Shown here: piece after piece, positions 23,201 to 33,314 of the stretch | Position numbering within the stretch: the stretch's first letter is position 1 | Layout of the letters: each line of letters starts with the position of its first letter | From: Corallochytrium limacisporum Hawaii | Lineage: Eukaryota > Protista > Pluriformea | Reading direction: 5' to 3' | Assembly: GCA_002811645.1 (NCBI GenBank) | Contig: PDIP01000019.1 | Span: forward strand, 103,163-167,162 | Length of the DNA stretch: 64,000 nucleotides | Notes under the pieces: model-generated | Told to the model about the DNA's origin: nothing | The model's database searches: none | Seen by the model: only the letters and a program-made list of their open reading frames with translations | Made by a program: the position numbers and the translations under genes

Positions 23201-23305
23201 TTTCTATTGAAAGTTCATTACGCCCCCGACCCTTAACAAACCCCCTGAACTTCGAAGCGTCCGGCGAGTCCTCAGCCCCCGCGTATTATCACTTCCTCTC
23301 TGTCC

Positions 23306-23351
23306 CTCTCTCTCTCTCTCTCTCTTCCTCTCTTCCTCTCTTCCTCTCTCT
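23306..23351. repeat. (CT)n / CTCTT polypyrimidine microsatellite
   Basis: Directly visible. Confidence 0.85.
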
Positions 23352-25226
23352 CCCTGTGTCTATCCAATTTATCTGACTCAGAAACAAATAGTGCATGCGG
23401 CGCCAAATATAAAAACCTCAGGTATGACTTTTGACGCTGATTCTCATAGTGACTTCGTCACACCGCCATTTTTTTTTCTTCTGGTCTGAGTCGGAATGAA
23501 TATATCCCCGGCTGCCGCTGGCGTGGCGTCGTCTTTGGAGCTTTAGGGGATTACGGTGGGGGTTGATCGCATTGGTGATGGACAAGAAGTACTTGTCCTG
23601 CAGTCCTACCGCGAACTGCATGGTGTTGTGTACACAATACAGTACTAAATATATCTCCTTTTTTTTCCCGTCAGTTCCTTACTATCACGCCAACACCATT
23701 TCGTCTGATGGAGGGACTGTCTTTGTTCACCAGGGGGCATGATAGGATGACTGACTGCAGCGGGGCTGAGGTAATTTGCCCCATCCGCAATAGCCATGAT
23801 TGGATAGATCGCTGGCGGTAGAGTCAAAAAAGGGAAGTTTTTGCTCTCTCTTTGCCTTTTTGCTCCAACGGCGGCGTGTGACTTTTCGGGTATTGGCAAC
23901 AGGCAAAGGGGGCGTTGAATCGGTGAATGTTGGATCTGACGTGTGAGTTCTTCAGTGTCCGTTCGTATATTACACGCCTCGTCAAGGTCCCCGTCGATTT
24001 CAGTACTGAATGAATGGTAGCTACGACCAGGAATTGGTACCATTGTTTGTGTGACGCAACACCATCTGTCACAGGGACAGTAGCAGCGCAAAACCGTCTG
24101 GACTCCGGGTGGTACAAAAGGAAGGAAAATCACACACCGGACCTGCTCTGATCCCAAGGAGAGGGGCGGAAGAGAAAGTTGAGCCTTTGACGAGAGGCCA
24201 CTCTCCGATGACGCACGACTGTGTGACGCAGAGCCAGATTTAGTACCAAATAGTAGGTACTGTTGGACCACGCGGTGCGTAAAAAGGGTTTGTGAATTCA
24301 GGATGTGTCGTGGCAAAACGTTCAAGGAACACCGGAGGCCGAATGACAAACCCGCCACGGAACACGGGAAGGAGAACGGGAGTGACTGATGGAAGGGGAA
24401 GGTGAGAAAGAAGGCATGATAAAAGGCCTGGAAATCAAGAGAAAAATGTCGCGGACCATAAGCAGACCGTACATGAGGCCCTCTGACTGAAGTTTGAAAC
24501 CCACTTCGGTGACAAGGTGGACGGGCCCAGAAAAGGTATGATGGAGTGTTTGCAAGTGAAATGCTGTACAATGATGTACACTGACCTTGGTAGTTTTTTT
24601 TTTCTGCATTGGATCAGTTTGTAAATATCTCCGCGCTTTTCATCATCATATACTCACTCTTTGCGAGAAGAAGTTACAACGATCAGTGTATGGAGTGGGT
24701 CCAAAGCAAAGGGATGAAGGGATCTGTGTGGCACAGTCATCATATACCAGTATGAGGATCACGTTCCATGAGAATCAAGACAATGCGCCACATCCCCTGC
24801 CCAAGCATTCTTCTCTGCTTCTCACTATCAGCAGTGGACCTCTTCCTTGTTGACCGCATATAGTCAAATCTCTGTTGTTCTATCCATTCCTGTAATTTCC
24901 TTATCCCTTCTCCTCCCAAACCTACCCACCCCCGCATCCTCGCTGCCTTCTTCAGCAGGCTACGCATCCCAGTCAAGTACGGCCTATTCTCTTAGAGTGT
25001 TACCATCAGAGTGTCGATATGTTCAGACTTGACGCATTGTCCCAATATAGATGTTCTGTTCATGTGCAACGTCACTGGTCCTCACACTAACCGCCCGAAT
25101 TCTTCCGTTCCTAACTAGCCACTGCACAACAGCAGGTAAAAACCCAAGTGCAGCGGCCTGCTATCCCACCCTACTGCGCCCTTCTTCTGCTCCACCGTGT
25201 TCTTTCTCTATTCCTTTATTTTCGGC

Positions 25227-25296
25227 ACTTTTCGCTTTGGGTGTGTGGCATTATCTGGAATACTTTTCGCTTTGGGTGTGTGGCATTATCTGGAAT
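25227..25296. repeat. Perfect 35-bp tandem duplication (acttttcgctttgggtgtgtggcattatctggaat x2)
   Basis: Copies at 25227-25261 and 25262-25296. Confidence 0.95.
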
Positions 25297-25652
25297 GCTA
25301 GGTGGTATTATTGGGCGATGGTGGTTGGTCCGAGAGTCTTGTCAGTACAGCCTCCCGATGTTCCGATTCTCCCAACACTCCGTCGCCCCCACTCCCCCGA
25401 TGCCTTGAGAGTTTCCCGGATTTCCCGCAATACCGCGATAAAGGTTCTGTTATTGGAGTGTAGGCCAACTTGCTGAAGCCACCTCAGAGCTACTGGCAAA
25501 TCAACAGAAACAGTTCCATATTTTCACAAACATTGCTCACGCACTGACATTCTCAACTCTTCACAAACAAACAATTCTTGTGTCGTCACTCAACCTGCGA
25601 TTTTGCCCAGCGTGCCCAACGGCAAGGCGACCGGTGTATACCCTCTGCAGGC

Positions 25653-25655
<3 letters not shown>

Positions 25656-25704
<49 letters not shown>

Positions 25705-25812
25705 TGCTCNNNNNNNNNNNNNNNNNNNNNNNNNNNNNNNNNNNNNNNNNNNNNNNNNNNNNNNNNNNNNNNNNNNNNNNNNNNNNNNNNNNNNNNNNNN
25801 NNNNNNNNNNNN

Positions 25813-25862
<50 letters not shown>
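25656..25862. repeat. (AG)n microsatellite interrupted by an assembly gap (25710-25812)
   Basis: AG runs at 25656-25702 and 25814-25862, each followed by actgctc. Confidence 0.95.
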
Positions 25863-25864
<2 letters not shown>

Positions 25865-28800
25865 TGCTCAGCTTCTCATCCCTTCGGTCATTGACCATGA
25901 TCAATACCAATAAACACATCACCAATTGACGTTGTCGCAACGTCCAAGTAACGACGAAAGGTTGCAGCTTTTTTGTCACCATGTTTGGTTTGAAGGTGGC
26001 CGCCTCTACTGTACGCGAAAGCTTTCCAAGGTGGAATTTTTTCTTCCTATGTTGTCGACGCCGATGATTTCTGTGAGTACGCGTGTGTGGTAATCCCGAT
26101 GACGACGTTTTGGACGAACACTGGTGCATCACCACACCTTGGCAAACGACATGAAGGTGGATGTGCGAACATGTGTCATTGGGCCAGAGACTTGAGCACC
26201 AAAATTAAGGTACCAAGCAATTGTGCAGAATGTGTGCGGGAAGAGACGAAGGAGCGGTAAAATGGCAGAACTCTTCCTGACTTGGCGGGCGCTGGATCCC
26301 CTGCTTTCTGCATTTTGTTACTCGCTCTTCTTCCTCTGTTGCCTATGTTTGGCATGTCAGAAGCAATTCTTGCCTTTTGCATAAGATTTTCATATTTTAT
26401 TCATAGGTCCTCTCGGGTGTATATTAAGGGGAGCGCGGGTTGGGGACGGAGAACCCCCCATACTTACACTTGATATCGGAGCATCGTACGAGGAGCATCC
26501 TACATTGAACAAGCATCGCAAAGGGCGACAGAGGTAATTTCTTGCTAGTCCTGACCGTTCTGTGCAGGATTTTGTGGAGAGATGTTGTACATGCTGTTCC
26601 ACGCAGCAGAATACTCTAGAGCTGTGCAGCGTAAAAAAAATGCAACTGCTTCAGTATGGTGATCGCAAGCCATCGACAGTGGTAGCGCTGGTGGTGGTGG
26701 TGGTGCCTGGGAGTTTGTTTTCCTCTACCAGGGAAACCTAGACAATAGAGAAAGTATGGAGCACAAGATCGCAAATCAGAAAACAACAATGAAAAATTTT
26801 CTCTTTCGCTGGGTCCGCTCGGAACATCGATCGCTGCCACCGCGACAGCGGGCAGTAGCGGCAACGGACGCAGGACACAGTTTTCATGGTTTTACAATAA
26901 GACCCATGGCACTTCTCACTGGCTATCGTGGCCTGATGTCTGTCTCCATCACTGTGGCTCTGTAGTATCGGGGGCAACCCCTCCCTGGTCCCTGCGCATT
27001 TTTGAAGTTTGGTCTTCCAGCCGGGAGCTGGGGTTCCCTGGGGGTCAGGGTGTGGCCTGCTGTCTTGTCTTCCCTATCCGCTATCCTGCTCTTGTGGCGC
27101 TTTGTCTTCGTGGTCTAGGAGCGATATCTGCGTCCTAACGTTTCTTTTTTTTTGCCACTTACGCAATAGTCGTTGAGCCTGTCTGATACGTCGTTGGGAT
27201 GTGTACCGATCTCTTAGCATTTGTGTAAATGAGCTGAAATCGGAGGAACTTGTCCCTGTAGGATAACGATGATGATGATGAAGCTGATGGCGATGTTCGA
27301 TAGGGCTGTGTTCTTGGAATCCCCGCTGCCATGGACCATGCATGAGCATGGGCCCTCGGCGACACTCTCTGTTCCTCTCGTACCTCACACTACGGTGATT
27401 AACAACGCAGTGACGTTGATAAGAGTGCACGAAAAGGTGGTGAGAATGGTGTTGGTGGTGCTGTGAAATGTTTGAGTGGTGGAGTAATCTGTTCCCTGTC
27501 TGCGCATGTAAACATTTGGTGTACAGTCTGTGGCTGGTATGGCTGTCGAGTCAGTTTCCACCCGAGGCGTCCCGCATTCATCACACCGGCAAATCCTTTG
27601 CCCAGCCTACGGCTACCAATTCACTGTCTGAGGTGCCGTGGAAGCGGAGGCCTCTGTTTGAGACTGAGACAGTTCAGATGCGTTGGAATGACAAGAACTA
27701 AACTGCACACCTGCCTCCTAAGGAAGTTTTTGCGGTTCACATCTAGAAACGGAAACCCCCGGCCGCCCGCCCATCCGCAGCTGGAGCGACCGGCGGTCCC
27801 GCCCCCCCTCCCTCCCTCCTGCTGGTGCTAGCCTGTGGACAGCCTTAGCTCTGCACATTCCTTGGGTGGAGGCGCGGTACACACATACGCGTCTCATCAG
27901 CATCATAGAGTCGGCTAGGGATGACAGTGTGCTAATCTGCTACTCGTACGATGGTGGGTTTGGCTGCTGTTCGGGAGTCATCAAGTGAGCACCGCACAAG
28001 ATACCTTCCTCCTCTCAACAGCTAACAACAGCTCGCTGTGCTCAAGTTGTCCAACATCCGCACATACACAGGGTACCACATGAGTAGAACTGTGGGAGGT
28101 GATGCTGTGCATGGCGGGGCCTGTCATGTTGTGTAGGGAGATTGCATGACTTGATATTCTGAGGACTAAGCCGTTGCATCTGTAGTGATGCTTGATGGTC
28201 TGCGGTCGTACGTGAGTACGATATCAGAGCACCATTTAACTCTTCACGGAAGGACAAATAGCATATCTGTGGAATCCTCGCCCCACATCTTTCTCGGGTA
28301 AGCACTGAGTAAACTCTGGTATAGGAGCTCCTCATGAGCCCCAACGTCTGTGTGCAACTTCATGATTGCAATGCTATTTCTCGTCCACCCACCCACATTG
28401 CAGCCACAGGGTCACCTGGCCCCGACGAGCCCCTTTAGCCGCTCGCCGGAGTAAAACAGACTCCCCTTATTCGGGGATCCAAGCTGAAAATAAACTGATA
28501 CCCTAAAATATCATTATTTCATTTCCCGGGAGCCGAACGAAAGGGGGGCCGGCACAGTTCCGTAAGACTGGGAGGGGTATTATCTCCAGCAGGGCAACCG
28601 GTACTGTAAAGTGGTGGGAAACCTGGAAACTACCGGAAAACTGTTGCAGTGAAATTTACTCCGTACATTCTCCATAATACCCTGCCCTTCAAACAAAAAA
28701 AAAAAGGGATTAAAAAAAAAAAGGAACCAGCTGGAAATCGCGCGGCCTCCCCTCAAACCCCCCCCCCCCCCTTCCCTCTACATCTCAGGCGAAGAAGATA

Positions 28801-29545
28801 AATAGAACGCCTCTCCGGTGGAGAGAGAGAATGGAAGGGATCCCCCAATCTCGTCCGTCAGGCCAGCCGGCCGGGACTGTTTCAGTGTACAATGTACAGC
28901 GATTATCCTCCGGGTCCGTAAACAAATATAGATGAGCAAAATAGGGGCGCATCGAAAAAAGGCAAACGGGAGAATGTAGGTCGGGTGGGACGGAGACCTG
29001 TTAAAGTCACCAGCGGAAGCGAATTTAACCGGACCGACGGAGAGACCCACCGGGGTGCGCGCGGATGGGAAAGCAGAAAGGGGGCCGGGAGCGAGCTCCC
29101 GCCTGAGTAGAGTATTTCTTTTGCTTCTTGCACCGCTCTCGGCTCCCCGGTCCCCCCCCCCCCTTCGCCCCGGTTTCTTGCGCTCTCTGCCGTGGCTCCC
29201 GGGTGGTCCGGTGCTGCTGGAGGGGGGGGGGGCTGGCTGGCTGGACCGCGCGAGGGGTGTCTCATGTGCCCACTCAGGCACAATAGACTCCGGGGAAAGA
29301 TTTGGCACCGACGACTCGACGGAGCAAAAGCGAAATGGTACAGACGTTTCGATGATTGACGCGGATCGTTGCTACTTTGGCAGCTGACGGCCGTTCGATC
29401 TGGGTATCATAAACGTGGGTCTGCGTGGCCTCCATGTGGGATGTATATGTGCGTGTTTGTGTGTGTCCGGCCGGTGATGCATACAGTCGGTGCTGTAGCA
29501 ATCGGGATCACCACGAGGCTATTTGGTAGGGACGGTGGAGATAAG

Positions 29546-29685
29546 GTAAGTGATCATTTGATTGATAATGCAAGGTCAACGTAGCATTGTTGAATTGTTC
29601 GTAGGTAACATCAGTGAACGCCTGCAATGGAACTTTGAACAGGCAACGCATACACAATGTGTTTTAAGTGAAATTTCTACTGCAG
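29546..29685 (+). other. Putative 5'-UTR spliceosomal intron(s) of the carrier gene
   Basis: AAG|GTAAGT donor at 29546 and tttctactgcag acceptor at 29685, with an internal tag|gtaac at 29604/29605. Confidence 0.5.
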
Positions 29686-29753
29686 GAGGTGTAAACAAGG
29701 ACATTGCTGAATCCTTGGGTTTGTTAGCATCCTAAACAGACACAGTCGGCAAG

Positions 29754-32030
29754 ATGGCGGCCGAAAAAGAGGACATCAAGCGCCTCTTAATAAAGGCGCT
29801 TGGTGCTAATGCCATCCTCACAGATCTCTCAAAGACGGATCAGCGGGTAGACCTACTGGTGGACAACTGCATCATAGAACGGTACAAGAAGGGTGAGATC
29901 ATTACTCAGCAGGGAGCCAAGAACCAGGACATGTACGTCCTCGCCGAAGGCAGCGTCCACGCAGTGGTAGAAAAGGGAGAAGAGAAGAAGCGAGTAGTAG
30001 TTGACGAGCGTGGACCAGGCCAGGCGTTCGGTGAACTAGCGTTTGTGTACGATGCTCCTCGATCAGAGAGCATCGTGGCAATGGAGGATGTGGTGGTCTA
30101 TCGCTTGCCGGAATCACTGCTGCAGAAACACATCGAAGATAGCGAAATGACACAGAATCGTTTCCGTGTCAAGCGATGGCTCCGAGATGTGCTCGAACGG
30201 CATCAGTTCTTCGCGCATTTGGATGATGACCGCCGAAGGGAAGAAGTGATCCAGGAGTTCCGGGCCTCAGAGCACGCGGAAGGTACGGACATTGTCCGCC
30301 AGGGTCAGGAGAGTGACGGTCGGTTCTACATTGTCGAGCAAGGACATTGTGATATTTTAGTGAAAAAGGGTGAGAAAGACAAGGAACACATTGTCGGACA
30401 TTTAGACGAAAGTGATTCATTTGGTGAACTATCGCTTATCTACAACACTCCCCGCCAGGCAACAGTACGGTGCACGGACGCAAGCGTGGTCTGGAGCATT
30501 GATGGTGAGACATTCCGGAGGGTGAGCAATTTTGGATCGCTGGCACTGTTGGATGCCTTCCTGGAGAATGCAAACGTTGAATTAGAGGGAGAGAAGTACA
30601 TGACTGTGCAAGGGTTCGGTGATCTTCTGTCCAAGAACCGCACAGGCATTCATCTTTCCCCCGCGACTCAGCAGTTGATTTTCCTATTAGCTGACCAGAC
30701 GGGTGCGCAGCTGCTCAGCTTCAGTGAGTTTGTAATCCTGCACATGTTGATGCAGCGCGAGAATGCCGCTTACGAGATTGCCTTCCGTTTCTTTGACCAC
30801 AAGAAGGATGGTGTCATCTGGAAGGACGAATTCGAACGGGCCATTAAAGTGATCACGTCGTCACAAGCACCGGAGTTAGAGGAGCATGGTTTGGCAGTCA
30901 GCGCGGACCAGGTCCTTAACGAAGAGTACATGGAGAAGTTGTTCGGTGTCGATGGTGAGGGCTACCTGACCTACGAAGAATTCGAAGAGGAACTGCATCG
31001 GGGAGGGCTCAAGCACCTTACCTCATTCTGGGACAACGTTGCTGACAGCCTGGAGCGCATCAGCGAGAGTTACATGCAGACTGCCGTGGAGACCGGCGAA
31101 GACGGTGTGGTCGCCATGCCCCAACGAACGACCTACCGTAACGCTTGGAAGTATCTGGTGGCTGGTGGTGTGGCCGGTGCGGTGAGCCGAACGGCAGTTA
31201 GCCCGATCATTCGGCTGAAGATGCTTTTGCAGACGCAGGGTAAGCCGCCTCGGTACACGGGTATTGTACAGGGTCTGACGTTGATGTACAGAGAGGACGG
31301 TATTAGGGGCTTCTATCGTGGTAATCTTACCAATGTCATTCGTATTGCCCCAACGAGTGCGTTCCAGTTCTTCTTCTACGAACTGTACAAGAGCACTCTG
31401 CTTGGAGAGGGCACACGTGATCTCAGTGTACCGGAGCGCCTGCTGGCAGGTGGCTTTGCGGGAATCACGGCTGCATCCCTCACCTATCCCCTCGATTTCA
31501 TTCGTGCGCGTTTGACTGTGCAACACAATGACAATATGCAGTACAAAGGTATTGCGGATGGTGTGCGGCAGGTGGTCCAAAAGGAAGGATTCTTTGCCCT
31601 CTACCGTGGCTTGTGGCCCACGATTGTGGGAGTGTTTCCGTACATTGGCATTGACTTTGCGGTCTACGAGACACTGCGTCCGTACATTCCCCGCAATCCG
31701 AATACGGACGATCCATCTGTGGTCGGTCTGCTCGCGGTTGGTGGCTTTGCCGGAGCGGTCAGCCAAACCATCGCTTTTCCTTTAGAATTGGTTCGGCGTC
31801 GTTTGCAGGTGCAAGGATTCGTTCATAGTGAGTACAACTACAGTGGTGGCATCTGGAATGCCATCACTCTGACGGTACGGAAGGAGGGCGTCCGTGGACT
31901 GTACAGTGGTCTGAGTGCGAATTATATTAAGGCCGTGCCATCGATTGGCATTGGTTTCGTGGTCTACGAGCGCATGAAAAACGTGCTGGGAATCCATGAC
32001 AAGAAGGTCAAGGTCGTGAGTGCGGGTTAG
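29754..32030 (+). CDS. 758-aa SLC25 mitochondrial carrier fused to two cyclic-nucleotide-binding domains and an EF-hand module
   Basis: Phosphate-binding cassettes FGELAFVYDAPRS and FGELSLIYNTPRQAT. EF-hands ADQTGAQLLSFSEF and FDHKKDGVIWKDEF. Three carrier repeats: LVAGGVAGAVSRTAVSP..RLK, TYPLDFIRARL, FPLELVRRRLQ. Confidence 0.95.
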   Translation: MAAEKEDIKRLLIKALGANAILTDLSKTDQRVDLLVDNCIIERYKKGEIITQQGAKNQDMYVLAEGSVHAVVEKGEEKKRVVVDERGPGQAFGELAFVYDAPRSESIVAMEDVVVYRLPESLLQKHIEDSEMTQNRFRVKRWLRDVLERHQFFAHLDDDRRREEVIQEFRASEHAEGTDIVRQGQESDGRFYIVEQGHCDILVKKGEKDKEHIVGHLDESDSFGELSLIYNTPRQATVRCTDASVVWSIDGETFRRVSNFGSLALLDAFLENANVELEGEKYMTVQGFGDLLSKNRTGIHLSPATQQLIFLLADQTGAQLLSFSEFVILHMLMQRENAAYEIAFRFFDHKKDGVIWKDEFERAIKVITSSQAPELEEHGLAVSADQVLNEEYMEKLFGVDGEGYLTYEEFEEELHRGGLKHLTSFWDNVADSLERISESYMQTAVETGEDGVVAMPQRTTYRNAWKYLVAGGVAGAVSRTAVSPIIRLKMLLQTQGKPPRYTGIVQGLTLMYREDGIRGFYRGNLTNVIRIAPTSAFQFFFYELYKSTLLGEGTRDLSVPERLLAGGFAGITAASLTYPLDFIRARLTVQHNDNMQYKGIADGVRQVVQKEGFFALYRGLWPTIVGVFPYIGIDFAVYETLRPYIPRNPNTDDPSVVGLLAVGGFAGAVSQTIAFPLELVRRRLQVQGFVHSEYNYSGGIWNAITLTVRKEGVRGLYSGLSANYIKAVPSIGIGFVVYERMKNVLGIHDKKVKVVSAG

Positions 32031-32231
32031 ATTTAGCCTGTCCTAACCTGATGCAAAACGCTCTATGTTTCCATTCGGTGCATATCCGTAAGGATTACAC
32101 CAGTGGCTGCGATAAAGATACGACAACAAATAGTGTAACAATTAGAATCCACACAGTGTACTATTTCTTTAAGTGTTGTATGACCTGTTCATTGATTGAT
32201 GACATGGATGCATGCGGTGAAAGGGATCTCC

Positions 32232-33314
32232 TTAAATGTCGAGTGCCCCAACGAGCTCTGGTCCTTGGTCCACATCCGAGAATATATCGTCACGATCACT
32301 GTCCATACCATCCTCCTCCTGCCTCTGATCAACGGCGTCAAGCCGGAACCGATCCTTCTGCGAGACGTACGCTTCCTGCCATTCACGGAAGGCACGGAAT
32401 TTGCTCTCATCGATGGCACGGTCCCCAGAACCCCGGGTGGCGAAGCCTTCGTTATCCCGCCATGGTGCCGAGCCAGCAGAGTGTGGACCCGCGTCCGGGG
32501 CTTGCGACCAGAACGGCACGCGCCACCATCCGGCGAGCGCGGTCATGAGCTGCTGCTGTTGGTACCACAGAACGGCATTGATGAGGTCTTCTTCACGGAG
32601 ATCAGGCCACATGTGGGGAACGAAGGACAGGAGCGCATCGGAGCACTGCCAGAGCATAAAATCACTGAGGCGAACCTCGCCACTGGTCCGAATCAGTAGG
32701 TCCACGGGCGGAGATCCCGCAGAGTAGAGCGCCAGTTCCAGGACTTCGGGGCTCAGATCGGTGGGATCCAGTGTACCGTTCGCAATACCACGGACCACTG
32801 AGCTCAGTCCTTGAGCCATTTCCTGTCGCGCAGTGTAGCTGAAGCAAACGTTGAGCGTGCACTGGCCGTTCCCTGCGGTGCGAAGCTCTGCCTCCTGAAG
32901 CGCGGCCCGGACCTCCGAGGATTCCACCCGCGAAAGATCTCCCAGAATTCGTATGCGCACACCCAAACGTTTGGCAGTGCCGTCCTCTGCGCTAAGATCC
33001 CGAAATTTGGTTACCACCAAGTCCATAATTGCGTCGATCTCCTCCTGGTCCCGCTTAAAGTTCTCAATGCTAAAAGCGTATACCGTGAGGTGCCGAATAC
33101 CAATTCTGTTCGCAGCTTGCATCATACGCTCAAGCGTACCAAACCCCTCGCGATGCCCATCGCTGGCACGAAGTTTATGTTGCCGTGCCCACCTGCGGTT
33201 TCCGTCCATGATTAGTGCTACATGTTGAGGGACACTGCACATTGGCAGCGGATTATACATGGCTGCTTGCCGGAGCACCCATTGTTTGGTGTCTTTGACC
33301 TGGTCCCACGACAT
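32232..33314 (-). CDS. DHDDS: cis-prenyltransferase catalytic subunit (dehydrodolichyl diphosphate synthase, RER2/DHDDS type)
   Basis: PQHVALIMDGNRRWAR, TVYAFSIENFKR, DLLIRTSGEVRLSDFMLWQ. No C-terminal RxG, as expected for NUS1-dependent subunits. Confidence 0.93.
   Translation of the reverse strand: MSWDQVKDTKQWVLRQAAMYNPLPMCSVPQHVALIMDGNRRWARQHKLRASDGHREGFGTLERMMQAANRIGIRHLTVYAFSIENFKRDQEEIDAIMDLVVTKFRDLSAEDGTAKRLGVRIRILGDLSRVESSEVRAALQEAELRTAGNGQCTLNVCFSYTARQEMAQGLSSVVRGIANGTLDPTDLSPEVLELALYSAGSPPVDLLIRTSGEVRLSDFMLWQCSDALLSFVPHMWPDLREEDLINAVLWYQQQQLMTALAGWWRVPFWSQAPDAGPHSAGSAPWRDNEGFATRGSGDRAIDESKFRAFREWQEAYVSQKDRFRLDAVDQRQEEDGMDSDRDDIFSDVDQGPELVGALDI

Noticed and set aside
23645-24571. 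308-aa minus-strand ORF
   Set aside because: Non-ATG start, composition typical of non-coding translation, no recognisable motif.
25227-25296. 35-bp repeat as a CRISPR-like array
   Set aside because: Two abutting copies with no spacer, no cas genes, eukaryotic context.
25656-25870. Apparent duplication of (AG)n-actgctc on both sides of the N gap, and the ERERER/SLSLSL ORFs
   Set aside because: Most likely the same microsatellite assembled twice across a scaffold gap; the ORFs are translations of repeat and Ns.
27510-27600. C2H2 zinc-finger-like fragments (CTVCG; RIHHTGKSF)
   Set aside because: They are in different frames with wrong spacing and too short to distinguish from chance.
29754-32030. 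Calling the carrier aralar/citrin and linking it to GOT2 as a malate-aspartate shuttle cluster
   Set aside because: Only the EF module is AGC-like; carrier motifs are adenine-nucleotide/CoA type, and GOT2 is 30 kb away.
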